Assembly: GCF_006345805.1 (NCBI RefSeq)
Contig: NC_043017.1
Span: 28,892,001-28,956,000, forward strand
Direction: 5' to 3'
Length of the DNA stretch: 64,000 nt
DNA from: Octopus sinensis
Taxonomy: Eukaryota
The stretch's first letter is position 1, and every line of letters starts with the position of its first letter. The notes beneath the pieces were generated by a model. That model worked only from the letters and a program-made list of their open reading frames with translations. It did not search any database and had not been told where the DNA came from. Shown in pieces: positions 12,950 to 26,129 of this stretch. The translations under genes were made by a program, and so were the position numbers.

Positions 12950-13068
12950 ATATATGTATGTATGTATGTTTGTATGTATGTATGTATGTATGTATGTATG
13001 TATGTATGTATGTGTGGATGGATCGATGAATGGATGGATTGATGTGTGTATTAATGTATATAAGTGTG

Positions 13069-13108
<40 letters not shown>

Positions 13109-13239
13109 GTGTGTGTGTGTGTGTGTTGTGTGTTTGTATACATACATAGAGAGAGAGACATAGATAGATAGATAGATAGATAGATAGACAAATATATATA
13201 TATATACATAGAGAGAGAGGCACACATAGATAGACAGAC

Positions 13240-13289
<50 letters not shown>

Positions 13290-13400
13290 AGTTGCTTATG
13301 TGCCCCTCTGTGTGTTTCTGTGTATGTGTATATGTATATGTGTGTGATGGTGCATGTATGTGTGTGTGTTTATGTGTGTGATTATGTGTGTGTGGGGGGG
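12950..13400. repeat. Compound microsatellite tract (TATG, TA, TG, GATA, GA)
   Basis: Seen directly. Confidence 0.9.
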
Positions 13401-14049
13401 GGGTTAGAACACACTCATACACACACGAATGGCTACTCGGCAGTCTCTGTGCTCGGACATTCATGTCCAATGTATCGTGGGACCCACATCTTCGAAACGT
13501 TACAGAAGGTGTTACGAAATGAGGTGCACGTGGTTGCAAAATTAGTCTCGAAACAACAGCTACGGTGGATACCAATTCCTTGTGCCCAAGATTTTCTAAC
13601 GTACTTGCAAGAGAGCTTTTGTCGGAAGCATACATTTACGATGCACATGTCATGAATAGTATACAGGTCCTGAATTATTGCCAATTATTCATTTCGCTCT
13701 CAACTGAAAATATCCATGATTTGAATGCTGTGATTCGGGTTTGTCAAAACTGGCATTTAAGGAGGTAATATTCAGGCCAGAGATGCTGATGAATGCGAAT
13801 AGAAATTCTCATAGAATCAATGATTTGAGTCTGATGTGGAATCGGTGTTGTGACATAGTTGCTGAAACGGGTGATTAGGGCTGTGTTGTTGTCGAGGAGA
13901 ACATTTAGGGGCCGGTCTCAGCAACTGTTATCTATTTCTACTATACTTTACAGGATGCTCTTTATGGCGATGCCGAATCCAAATTCAATCTCTCTGGGAT
14001 AATCAAATGATTGCTTTCACCAGTATTTGCATCTTCTTCTTTAGAAACA

Positions 14050-14112
<63 letters not shown>

Positions 14113-14113
<1 letters not shown>

Positions 14114-14326
14114 CTTTACTACCCACAAGGGGCTAAACACAGAGGGGACAGGCAAAGGGATTAAGTCGATTACATCGACCCCAGTGCGTAACTGGTACTT
14201 AATTTATCGACCCCGAAAGGATGAAAGGCAAAGTCGACCTCGGCGGAATTTGAACTCGGAACGCAACGACAGACGAAATACGGCTACGAATTTCGCCCGG
14301 CGTGCTAACGTTTCTACCAGCTCGCC
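14113..14326 (-). mobile_element. Family B SINE, single unit
   Basis: Close match to the other B copies. Confidence 0.85.
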
Positions 14327-14778
14327 TGGTTTTTGTATTTAGTTTGTGCTTTTGAGAATTTTGTATATAATAGTTTCTTTTCTAGGCTCGCTGATATCAT
14401 TAACATTTTCTGAGACGATACTCATAATTCCATTGATTTTACAAGTTCCATTTTCTGTTGCTGTTCTCTTTTGTTCTTCGGCGCAATGAATTTCCCTCTG
14501 TTACTTCGGACTGTTTATCATCCCCATGCAGTTGATAAAAACTATACATCGTTCGAGAGTAGTCTGATACCGGAGACGGGTGATAGGTAATTGTTACATC
14601 TCAGCTGGGAACAGCCTTAGGGTTATTCTGCTGAGCAAATAAGTGACTAGTAATGAATAATTACTGTTGTGCCACATATTGTGTTAATGCTACAGACGAA
14701 GCTGGAATATCCATTTCTGGCAGCTGGTTTAGAGTTTTGCGTGAGGCTGTGCAATTATATAATAATAATAAATGCGCC

Positions 14779-15017
14779 CTTTTTAAAGCCTTGCCCGGCT
14801 TATGGGCCCGGTTTCCCGGTTTCAATGGCGTATGTGCTCCCCAGCTGGACGGGACAACAGTCCATCGCAGCGTTACTCATTTTTGCCAGCTGAGTGGACT
14901 GGAGCAACCTGAAATGAAGTGTTTTGCTCAAGAACACAACGCGTCGCCATGTCCAGGAATTGAAACTACCATCTTACGATCATGATGCTGACACATAACC
15001 ATTAAGCCACGCGCCTC

Positions 15018-15020
<3 letters not shown>
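14779..15020 (-). mobile_element. tRNA-derived SINE, family C
   Basis: A-like head GGAGGCGCGTGGCTTAATGG; body TTCTTGAGCAAAACACTTCATTTC; homologous to 58096-58575. Confidence 0.85.
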
Positions 15021-15067
<47 letters not shown>

Positions 15068-15333
15068 TATATATATATAGGAATATTGTCATACGAAACT
15101 TATCGTGCATCCTATCACATAAAAAGTGAGACCAACTTCCGATAATCTCAAGAAAACGAATCAACTGTGGATCCTCAATATATGCACTGGATCTGCATCA
15201 AATCTCAGTATATTAAAATTTATTTGTGTCTACTAAAATACGTGTTAGACGCGTTCGGAGTGTTTAAAGGTTTTAAATGTAGAAACAGCTTCGATAGATA
15301 TCTTATGAAAAACTTACACTGAGAACTGGGAAG

Positions 15334-15713
15334 CACTGCGTCGGTTACGACGACGAGGGTTCCGGTTGATCCGAATCAACGGAACAGCCTGCTCGTGAAA
15401 TTAACGTGTAAGTGGCCGAGCACTCCACAGACACGTGCACCCTTAACGTAGTTCTCGGGGATATTCAGCGTGACACAAGAGAGTGACAAGGCCGGCCCCT
15501 TTCAAATACAGGTACAACAGAAACAGGAAGTAAGAGTGAGAGAAAGTTGTGGTGAAAGAGTACAGCAGGGATCACCACCATCCCCTGCCGGAGTCTCGTG
15601 GAGCTTTAGGTGTTTTCGCTCAATAAACACTCACAACGCCCGGTCTGGGAATCGAAACCGCGTTCCTACGACTGCGTGTCCGCTGCCCTAACCACTGGGC
15701 CATTGCGCCTCCA
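15334..15713 (-). mobile_element. Family A SINE
   Basis: Reverse complement of 120-494. Confidence 0.9.
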
Positions 15714-15714
15714 C

Positions 15715-15751
<37 letters not shown>

Positions 15752-16230
15752 CATTCTTGAATAGATCTTCGGAAAGGCAAGCGAGCCAGAAGATTTCTGT
15801 CGTATATGATAAACAATATACAATATTTTTTTCGAGAATTTACAAAATTTTTTTTTTTTTCGAAGAGATTATATAGCGAACGAGAGATGGCTTGCAAACT
15901 ATGAAAATATAAATATTAATAATTTAAGATAAAACGTGTGTTCGGGATTAATGTAGAAACAGTCTCCATTAAAACTGTAAACAATATAAGAGCTGTTGAA
16001 ACAAAACAAATTTAAGAATAAATAAATATACAACTACATACTAAAAAGAAAATTAAAATTTCTGAAAACAGGTAAAAGGTCATACATCATAGATTTTTCA
16101 ACAACAACAACAACAAAAGACTAATAAACACACACACATATATATATATATATTCATATACATATATACATATATAAATATATCTAGATATATATACATA
16201 TATATTTATGTGTATATGTATATATATGTA

Positions 16231-16304
16231 TGTTGTTCAAAATATCTCTACATAGAATATGTGATGTATATATATATACATACATTATATATATAATATA
16301 TATA

Positions 16305-16339
<35 letters not shown>

Positions 16340-16418
16340 AATATATATATACATCACATATTCAAAATATTCTATACATAGAATATGTGAGTATATATAT
16401 ACATACATGTATATATAT

Positions 16419-16474
<56 letters not shown>

Positions 16475-16519
16475 TATATATACATCACATATTCAAAATA
16501 TCTGTACATAGAATATGTG

Positions 16520-16585
<66 letters not shown>

Positions 16586-16621
16586 CATATTCAAAATATC
16601 TCTATAGAATATGTGATGTAC

Positions 16622-16713
<92 letters not shown>

Positions 16714-16768
16714 AATACATCACATATTCAAAATATATCTACATAGAATATGTGATGTATATATATAT

Positions 16769-16816
<48 letters not shown>

Positions 16817-16869
16817 GTATATGTATATATATACATCACATATTCTATGTAGAGATATTTTGAACAACA
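16231..16869. repeat. TA-spaced array of a ~40-bp palindromic unit bounded by a perfect 39-bp inverted repeat
   Basis: ACATCACATATTC...GAATATGTGATGT units at about 16351, 16482, 16580, 16717; outer arms 16231-16269 / 16831-16869. Confidence 0.85.
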
Positions 16870-16974
16870 GCGGCAGAAAAAATAATATGGTGTGTTAAAC
16901 ATATTTATATACAAAGTACGCTGGCTTGAACTGAAATCTTATAAATTTCAGTAAAAAGAAAGATAATTTGACTT

Positions 16975-17038
16975 TACTACTACAACTCCTAATACTCCTA
17001 CTACTATCACCGCTACTGCTGCTGCTGCTGCTTTTGCA

Positions 17039-17091
<53 letters not shown>

Positions 17092-17335
17092 ACTACTGCT
17101 ACTATTGCTGCTGCTGCTGCTAATGCTGCTGCTGACACTGCTACGAATATCCGTATTACTCTGTGAATACCAATATCGTTTTAGTATCGTTATCGTAGTA
17201 GTAGTGGCAGTAGTAGCAGTAGCAATAGTAGTAGTAGTAGTAGTAGTAGTTGTTGTTGTTGTAATAGCATTAGCAGTGATGGTGGTGGTGGTGGTGGTGC
17301 TGGTGGTGGTGGTGTTGGCGGTGGTTGCGAAAGTA
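16975..17335. repeat. Compound trinucleotide tract (CTA, CTG, GTA, GTT, GTG)
   Basis: Seen directly; gives the poly-L/V/H ORFs. Confidence 0.9.
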
Positions 17336-18004
17336 ATGCATAGGTATATTGTGACAAAAACTTGTTAATTTGTAGTCCACTAAAATCAGGCTAAAAAAAA
17401 TACGTTTAAAAATGTATTGCATAAAAAAAAGAAAAAAATACCTCAGAAAATGAATGTCTGCACACGACACGGATTGTTTACCAAAACGTATTCGACAGTA
17501 AAACATCACACATTAATATTAGAGACACTTTACGTAAACAAAGCAGCGCCGATATTGATGCAGTGTATGAAATGTACCATGACAAACTGGAAGTTATCAC
17601 TACAGCAGAAGGTCAAATCAAATCTAATAGCAGCTGTATGGATATATATATATGTAAGGATAAGATCGATATTTAAATACCGATCTTACCAGGTGGCCGG
17701 TATGGGAATATAAGCCTTCAAAGGTAACAGTTATTTAAAATTGTAATTTAAGGTATCTACGAGATACCACCAAGCTGGAAAAAGCAGTCAAAACTTGACT
17801 CTAAATCCACATTAAATATTTATACAGCACCAGGAGAGAAGACAAAGAGACAAAATAAACTAGCAAAATAATTACTGGATAATTCCAGATCTCGGATTTC
17901 TGGCTCTGCGTAAGAAATGCTCTGCCTTCATCAGTGGAATATACACAGATAGTACATAAATACAAATATATATAAATATATATTTGTTTGTTTTTGTTTT
18001 TTTT

Positions 18005-18217
18005 TGTTTTTCCAGTTTCAGCTCTTGAGCTGTGGCCATGCTGGGGCACCGCCATTGTGGTGAAAGAGTACAGCAGGGATCACCACCCCTGCCGGAGCCT
18101 CGTAGAGCTTTTAGGTGTTTTCGCTCAATAAACACCACACAACGCCCGGTCTGAGAATCGAAACCGCGATCCTGCGACCGCGAGTCCGCTGCCCTAACCA
18201 CTAGGCCATTGCGCCTC
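18005..18217 (-). mobile_element. Chimeric SINE: family A 5' half plus family D-type 3' end
   Basis: A sequence 18217-18054 joined to GGCGGTGCCCCAGCATGGCC. Confidence 0.75.
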
Positions 18218-18275
18218 TACTATATATATAATATATATATTATATATATATATATATATTAGATATATAATATAT

Positions 18276-18321
<46 letters not shown>

Positions 18322-18327
18322 ATATTA

Positions 18328-18358
<31 letters not shown>

Positions 18359-19457
18359 GATATATATTATCTATATATATATATATATTATATATATATA
18401 TATATTATATATATATATATATATACATATATATATAAACAACTTATAAATAAGGGCAAACCAAAAACTTTCGAATGCCAAATATGCCGAAATTAGACAT
18501 CTTATCCATAACCATATCGATAAATAAAACCAGTGGAGGTTATTATGTATAACTTGAGAATGCATTGTAAAATCATACACTAAATGAACGTATTGCTTCA
18601 TATTTCTGAGGAGATGTATCCTTTATGCTATAAAACTATCAGAGAGGAAAAATCTAAATATAATCAGATGAATACTGAATCTCAGATTAGTTATGACTCA
18701 GTTCAGAGAAATATATATATAAAGAGTATAAAAATAAAAACAGTACCAAATAATCTGAACATGGAGGAAGAACATGAATTAAACTGAAATATGACACAGC
18801 ATCAATGTATGAGTGTATGAGTCATACTTTGGCTTGATGCGTTTATTCATAATTAAATGTAAAATCACATGTAGGACAGGGACAGAATGCTGCAACTGAG
18901 TTTCATTTCAAGCAACATCTAATAATTCACTGATAATATAAAATATAAAGAGAGGACAAATTGGCAAGGTCACCACAACTAATAACACAATGCTTTCAAT
19001 ATTTGTTCCGGCTTACTATCTTAACATTGTAAAACCTGACAAGATCAAATTTGCTTTTTAGCTAAAGAGGATATCTGGACTAACACTCAGCACTTGTTTA
19101 TCCTGAATTTTGTTTCATCTGATGTTAGAAAACCTACTTAAAGTAATCTTTTAACAAATATTGTAATTTATATTATGTCTGAAATTAGAATGTAAAGTTT
19201 TGGTTTCTTTTCTTTTTCGTTTTTTGTTTCTCTTTTTCTTTACCTTTTTTTTTTTTGTTAATGTTAATTAAGACAGTGGTAGAAATCTCCTCACACAAAC
19301 GAATCTCAGTGGTTGCGAGTCTTATGTTTTGGAGTGTTTTTCTACCGAATTCTCAACTCTAGAACTTTGATGCAACAATTCTAAATCACAAGGAAAAAGA
19401 AACTCATAGTTTGTTTTCGTGTGTGTATGTGTACCTATTTTTATATGTGTATGTTTT

Positions 19458-19512
<55 letters not shown>

Positions 19513-19844
19513 TGTAGATTTCGAAGTTTCAGCACATACTTGTTTCGCTAGAATGCACCACTCCCGAATAAATGTCCGTAAACTAGACAATGACCTCGGG
19601 AAGTACATGGTGAATAGAATTTATAAACTCCTGCACCGCGTCCCTCAAGCATCTTTCCGGTGACCCCCGACGGCCTTCCCTCTGCAAATATAAATGTTCC
19701 TTAATTTTCTTTCTGTTTTACTTTTTTCGGTGCGGCCTCCGTAAAAAATCCAGGTATTTGATCTTACCCGGATATTAAAAAGGGTAGAAAACAACTACTA
19801 TAGATGCTCCTTCGTTACAGACAATGCCGTTTACTATTAGAATA

Positions 19845-20143
19845 AAGGCAGCGAACTGGCAGAACCGTTAGCACGCTAACTTAAAGAAGCCCGTCGTGTA
19901 TATGTATATGTATATATATGTATGCGTGTGTGTGTTTGTGTGTCTGTGTTTGTCCCCTAGCATTGCTTGACAACTGATGCTGGTGTGTTTATGTCCCGTC
20001 ACTTAACGGTTCGGCAAGAGAGACCGATAGAATAAGTACTGGGCTTACAAAAGAATAAGGCCCGGGGTCGAGTTGCTCGATTAAAGGCGGTGCTCCAGCA
20101 TGGCCGCAGTCAAATGACTGAAACAAGTAAAAGAGTAATAGAG
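19845..20143 (+). mobile_element. Chimeric SINE: family B head (~33 bp) plus family D 3' two-thirds
   Basis: AAGGCAGCGAACTGGCAGAACCGTTAGCACGC then AAAGAAGCCCGTCG. Confidence 0.75.
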
Positions 20144-20527
20144 TGTAATTTTTACCCATACGAATAAATAACACGTGACTACACTCAGCAAGCTAATCTG
20201 ACAGCTTAGAAATTAAAAATAAAATATAATTTAGAGTGATTATACTTATATTTGCTAACTCTGCCTAGAAGGATTATTGTTATGCGGATTACGTCAGAAT
20301 ATAAAATCATTAATAAAAGACAGGAATTAGCGATGCGATATAAACATATCTACAAGAAAGCCCCTAAATTACTTCCTAGGTAATTCATAACTAATCATGT
20401 GAGATAATGGATATAACAGCTATAAACCATAGCATACGACATTAGGGAGAGTAAATGCTTAAATGGCAAATGTCACTTTCTGAGTTACCTGATTCTCAAA
20501 TAGTCTACTTTCACTCTCTCTCTCTCT

Positions 20528-20770
20528 CTCTCTCTAATTTATTATATAAAATCCGTTCTGTTGTGTGTGTGTGTGTGTGTGTGCCTTCTAGGATATCGGG
20601 CATCCTCCATCTGATTGCGCTCAAATTTGATATGTAGATAGAGACGGTATCAGGGTGTGTATAAGTCTAGTAAAATTTACAAAAATCGATTCCAGGTGAG
20701 AATGCGATTGATAAAGCCGTGGAAACGTGCATTTGTACGCGCAAGTACATCAGCTGAAATCCGTCTTTTG
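20528..20770 (+). mobile_element. Possible non-autonomous Helitron 5' portion
   Basis: TC..TTATTATATAAAAT start, (GT)n, then CTCAAATTTGATATG; pattern typical of non-autonomous Helitrons; no 3' hairpin/CTAG found. Confidence 0.4.
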
Positions 20771-20934
20771 CTGGTGTCTCAAATTTAGGTTAAATCAACG
20801 TTTCTCAAATGGGAGGCCTATGGGACGATCGGGCAAATTTTTTTGAGAAAATTTGGTTTAAATGTTTGACAACTCAGCACCGTCCATTGGACGGGGGGGC
20901 GTTTTGGTTGAATATATATATATACATATATTTA

Positions 20935-21206
20935 TATATATATATATATGTGTGTGTGCATGTGTGTGTGTGTGTGTGTGTGTGTATAAGTGTGTATGTT
21001 TGTGTGTCTGTGTTCGTCCCCCCAACATCACTTGACAACCGATGGTGTGTTTACGTCCCCGTAACATTAGCGGTTCGGCAAAAGTGACCGATAAGATAAG
21101 TACTAGGCTTACAAAGAATAAGTCCTGGGATCGATTTGCTCCACTAAAGGCGGTGCTGCAGCATGGCCACAGTCAAATGACTGAAACAAGTAAAAGAGTA
21201 AAAGAG
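20935..21206 (+). mobile_element. Family D SINE 3' half
   Basis: Matches D tail, ends AAAAGAGTAAAAGAG. Confidence 0.8.
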
Positions 21207-21454
21207 CATATATATAGATACGTATGTATATATGTATGTTATATATGTATGTATATATGTATGTTATCCTCTTGTCATATTTATATATATATATGACAAG
21301 AGGATAACATTGCTATTTCTTTGTTAATACATCTTTATTGTTATTATTTTCAGCCTCCGTATTTTCCATGTTAATTTCCATTCTTTTATTTAGTATCGCC
21401 ATTTATTTTGTACATCTAATTTACTTCATTTTCATCCATTTTACCTTATTCTGT

Positions 21455-21514
21455 TTATAATATTTCCGCCTCAGCGAAGGCGGAGGTATTATTTTCGGTC
21501 ACGTTTGTTTGTTT
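21455..21514 (+). mobile_element. Helentron/HINE-like terminus
   Basis: Hairpin TCCGCCT-CAGCGA-AGGCGGA followed by TTTTCGGTCACGTTTGTTTGTTT. Confidence 0.5.
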
Positions 21515-22483
21515 GTTAGTTAGTTAGTTAGTTAGTTAATTTGGCTCAAAAGCAAATAGCAAGGCCATGTAGGGGGACATGGAGTTAAGTACAGGGTGGT
21601 GTTCATGTAAAGAGTTCAGGCCACTTGAGGTCCAGGGAGGCTTTGAACAAAGCGGTCGTCGGCATCTTCACCATCTCGTCTGGCAGCTTGTTCCACGGAT
21701 CCGCAACCCGGACGGAGAAAGCTCCTCTCCTTCGATTGAGATGAAATCGTCGCAGGTAGAGCTTTTCGGAATGAACCCGCAGCCGACGCTCCGGGGCAGG
21801 AGTGAAGAACAGCTCTTTCGAGAGGTTACACTTCCCGCTTATGATGTTGTGGGCGAGAATGAGATCACCACGGCGGCGGCGTTTTTCAAGAGAATAAAGG
21901 TCGAGCGTCCTCAGCCTTTCTTCGTAGGACAAATTTTTGAGACCATGAACCATGCGGGTAGCCAGCTTCTGGACTCTTTCGAGATGCTGTATGTCTTTGA
22001 GGAGATAAGGAGAAGAGGCTTGAATCCCATACTCCAATATGGGTCTCACCAGCGTGACATAGAGTGGCAGGAATATGGCTGCTGTGAGCATTCCGAATGA
22101 CCGTCGAATCAAAAACAGAATTCCGTGCGCTTTGTTGGCAGCATGGACGCACTGGGCCGAAGGCGAAAAGGAGGAATCCACCAAGATACCCAGGTCCTTT
22201 ACCTGATCGGTCCTCTCCAGCAGCAGACGACCCGGCTCGAAATCAAGTTGAGTTGCAGGAGGAGAGCCAACAGGCAGATGACAGCACTTTGACACGTTCA
22301 GACACAGGTCGCAATCGTTAGACCACTTCCAAATTTGGTGGAGGCATCGACGAATATCCTCTATACTACCGCGAGGAGCGACCAGTTTGATATCGTCGGC
22401 AAATAGAAGGGTGTGTTGCGTGAGGTCGTCGGGCAAGTCATTTATGAAGACTAAGAACAACAAGGGCCCAAGCACTGAACCTT
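21515..22483 (-). mobile_element. CR1-like LINE 3' part (RT C-terminal half, 3' UTR, (TAAC)n tail)
   Basis: Open frame GSVLGPLLFLVFIND...LFADD...LERVQKLATR...RRRRGDLI...WNKLP; tail (TAAC)n at 21515-21539. Confidence 0.92.
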
Positions 22484-22562
22484 CATTTTTTATGTTTTTA
22501 CGGCGACTGTATTGTATTGTATTGGCATCCTTTCTGTCTCGAGAGACAATGGAGTTGCGCAT
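21603..22562 (-). pseudogene. Fusion ORF: 27 codons of RTE 3'UTR/flank plus CR1 RT C-terminal half
   Basis: ORF track, 319 aa; CR1 homology starts at GSVLGP. Confidence 0.8.
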
Positions 22563-22703
22563 GAAGTAGTCTAGTCCGGCTTTTACATTTCATGTCCTGA
22601 TACATTTCCTGCTGTGGCTGTGTGGTCCTATCCTGGACAAACACTCCCTCTGGCAGGTACCGCAAATGTAGCGAAGACTGTTCCTGGCTGGTTGTAATGC
22701 CAT
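22480..22703. repeat. Left copy of 224-bp inverted duplication
   Basis: Reverse complement of 30336-30559; no mismatch found by eye. Confidence 0.95.
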
Positions 22704-23055
22704 AGTTTCTTGTTTTACATCTTTTCTTGTCTTTCCATTTCTCCTCTCTCTCTCTCTGTCACTCCTTTGTACTCCCTCTTTTACGGTACGCCGCCAGTCT
22801 CCACGGTTGCCGGCAACTGCTTCCCAACCGCTAATATTGATGTTGCAGGCCTTCATGTCCCTGTTGCAAACATCCTTGTAACGTAAGAACGGTCTACCCA
22901 CAGACCTAGTACCCCTAGCAAGCTCTCCGTAGAGTATGTCCTTGGGGATTCTGCCAACTTTCATACGGCTAACATGCCCAAGCCATCTCATACGTCTTTG
23001 CGTGAGGAGTGCAAACATGCTTGGTATTCCTGCTTGGCTTACTTTTGTGTTAGCT
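22508..23055 (-). mobile_element. RTE (BovB-like) LINE 3' fragment
   Basis: QAGIPSMFALLTQRRMRWLGHVSRM..GRIPKDILYGEL..GRP.LRYKDVC; C-terminal CxxC/H motif; (CAATA)n tail. Confidence 0.9.
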
Positions 23056-23954
23056 AACTTTGCACGCTCTTAAGTTGTCCGACTCGCTTCCTCTTGAGAC
23101 TCACGTTTTCGTCATGAAATCAGAAATCAGACACCACACTAACCGTTAGTATGTCCGTAACTCCGTCAACATCGTTTCCATTTCTGCAATCCCCATGCAT
23201 ATTTGCAGACGTCGTCATGTGACGTATCATGCAAAACAGTCACGGTAGCAACCTTGCTTTAACCAGACATGTTAATTATGAGAGCCATGGGCAACAAGCA
23301 CTCTCCCAGACATAGCAAACAGGAATTCATTTGCCTGTTGTTTGTCTTAAGCCTTTGATGTATTTCGCGAACTATTGTCGGTAAAGTTTTTCAATAAATT
23401 TGTATTATATTTATAACTTTTGTAAGTCTGGATTACACCATTGATCTCGCAAATTGAAGAAAACCAGCCGTGTCGGAATGTTTTTATTTTTTAAATTATT
23501 TTTACAGTTTCCAGTTCCATTAAACTTCGCGTAGTTATTTTCTTTTTATTACAAAACCAGTACAAAATATTTCTGTGAAGGTGAATATTCTCAATAAAGC
23601 GAAACTTGTTTTTCGTATCGAAGATTATATTTACACGAATTTATTCAGGAATTCGTCACCCAGATAAAACAGAAACATACATAAGATCATGTAAACACAC
23701 ACACACACATACACAAACAATGAATGAGGGGAAAAAGAAATTGGAATTCACGAGAAACTTTATACCTCACTACGATCGTTTCAACCCATCTTGCATCGGA
23801 GGATGCAACACAACCAGCTGTATACTCTCCCACCCGTAAGGGACAGAGATTTTCAAAGACATTTCGGTGGGGAGGAAAAATATACAGAAATATGGGCGGA
23901 GGAAATGTAACGTTATACAGTGTACTTAGGCAGCGATTTAATAGATTATTCAAA

Positions 23955-24632
23955 TACTGGGTTGTCCGGAAAGTTCGTGCCGATTTTTAAAGGAAAGAAA
24001 AAGGTCAATAAATAAATACTTGCCATTACATATTTAATCAGCCAAATATGAACCATTTTGTTGCACAATGATTCTCCCTCCATCTTTCCTTTTACTATAC
24101 CCTCTTCCCAGAATTGAGGTGGTTTCAGGGCAAAAAATTCATCAAGGTATCTTTTTACGTCATCCAATTAATTGAAATTTTTCCCATTAAGATTATTCTG
24201 CAGAAACCGAATAACTGGAAATCCGAAGGAGCAATATCTGGTGAATACAGAGGGTGGGGTAACACATACCAGTCGAGCTGCAGCAATTTTTCTCTGGTTC
24301 CCAAGGAAACGTGCGGTCTTGTATTATCATGTTGGAAAACAACACTCTTCCTGTTGGCCAATTCTGAACGTTCTCTTGAATTGCTGCTTTTAACTCGTTC
24401 AGTTGTGTGCAGTATTTATCACACTGGATTGTCTGTTTACTTGGGAGAAGCTCATAGTACGTAATTCCTTTCTATCCCACCAGACGCAAAGCAAGACTGA
24501 TTTAGGGTGAAAACCCACTTTGAGGGTGGCTATGGGTTGCTCATATCGTTACCCGAGGATCACTTTCTCTGAACATTTCGGTATATAATCCATTTCACGT
24601 CACCTGTCACAGTTTGCTTTAATAATTTTGAA
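23955..24632 (-). mobile_element. Mariner DD34D fragment: catalytic domain to 3' TIR
   Basis: TVTGDVKWI, HDNTRPH...YSPDIAPSD (34 residues between the two D), DDVKRYLDEFF; TIR TACTGGGTTGTCCGGAAAGTTCGTGCCGATTT. Confidence 0.92.
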
Positions 24633-24657
24633 ATTATTAAGTGGTCTATGCTTTTTG

Positions 24658-24830
24658 CATTGGGCTGTCACGAAAGTTCGTGCCGATTTATAGTAGCTTA
24701 ACTTTCGACTAATTTTAGAATATGGTTGAGTCTACAAAATAGGATTTGACTACATCTCCATTTAGAGCACAGTTTATGCTATCATGTCGTGGAAGAAGTT
24801 TTATGCCCCTTTAACCTGTGTTAACTCAAT
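24658..24830 (+). mobile_element. Second TIR of the same mariner family, probably the 5' end
   Basis: CATTGGGCTGTCACGAAAGTTCGTGCCGATTT in the same orientation as the TIR at 23955, with a different internal flank. Confidence 0.6.
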
Positions 24831-25453
24831 ATTAACTCAAGTTTATGAGTGGATGTGTGCTTTTAAAATTAGCCTGTTTTTTTCTTGTGGAATATATGTT
24901 CCAAGTCTTAAACATGCAGCATACAATTCTTCAATCTTAAGAGATTCAACTTAAAGAATTTCCCTCTCTCCAATATGTTATATTTCTTCTTGTTGATAAC
25001 TCAAAGATAGCTGGAGGTACATTTAAATCATTATATGCATTGTTTCTTCATGCATATATTCTTAGATAAGAGCGATCTATGTACATTCTATGTTTTACAA
25101 ATTTATCTATATACAAGGAAGCTTACGAAAACCTAAAATTTCTAGCGAAAAGCGATTAATGGCATCATGTACATACGTTATTTCACTTTTCTGCAAAATA
25201 GCGAATAATACCAACTAAAGAAAAATGGATCAAATTAAAACGTGTTGGCCAACTTTTTGAAGAATATCGGGACAAAACCATTGACGTTTAATTTATAATT
25301 ATTTGGCCGTAATATATCAAAGCCATGCTCTTCTTCACCGAAAATAGCCGGAAAACATTATTTTCTACCTATAATCCATGAACTGTCACACATACATACA
25401 CACATATTTTTTTTATGTTTGTGTCTGTGCGCGTGTGTGTCGCGTTTATATAT

Positions 25454-25535
25454 ATGTGACCGCGTGTGTACCGTTGGCGATATTTTCCCTCCGTCTTCCC
25501 TTCTCTGGATCTTTACTTTTCCTATGTTTCAAAAA
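25454..25535 (+). mobile_element. Truncated copy of the 2525 Penelope-like fragment
   Basis: TGTGTACCGTTGGC...TCTTCCCTTCTCTGGATCTTT...CCTATGTTTC shared; stops just before the hammerhead-like core. Confidence 0.6.
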
Positions 25536-25670
25536 ACGAAGAAATAATTCAGAATCCTTCCCTGTTTCAAATTAATATTATGAGACCTTCTAGTTTTCTC
25601 TTCTCTTAAATTCCGACCTTCCTTTAGTATTCCTGTTTTTTTTAGATCGATGTATAGAATTACGTATATA

Positions 25671-26052
25671 TCTTTATATATAAAAGTCAAGTTGTGTGTC
25701 TGTCTCCTACGATTTAGATTCCTAACTACTCCCACATTTTGCGGTGCAGTGTAACCAAAAGCGGGTATCTTATAGTCGTGATTCATATCGAGCCCTTCTG
25801 GGTATTAGCGCACGTCTACGATGAGTCTACGATTTTTAAAAAAATTACCATCAATTTTTCCCATTTTTTAATGCATTTTTTTTCTATTATATAAGAGAAG
25901 TAACTCTCTAAAAATGTATTATTAAATCTCAGAACGTAAAAAGCTACAGTAACACCCCTCTTTGTGGTTAGCCATATTGAGATGGCTATTATACTTTACA
26001 TCTCTAAAAATGCTTATATAGTTATTTCCCTTACAAACCCGAGCAACGCTAG
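25671..26052 (+). mobile_element. Non-autonomous Helitron (copy 1; 3' hairpin partly deleted)
   Basis: A|TC start, CTAG|T end; homologous to 42936-43324. Confidence 0.85.
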
Positions 26053-26129
26053 TATAAGTATATTGTAAAATGTTAATATGAATGTACAATATATAATATG
26101 AGAGAGATAATATAATATAAGGGAGATAA

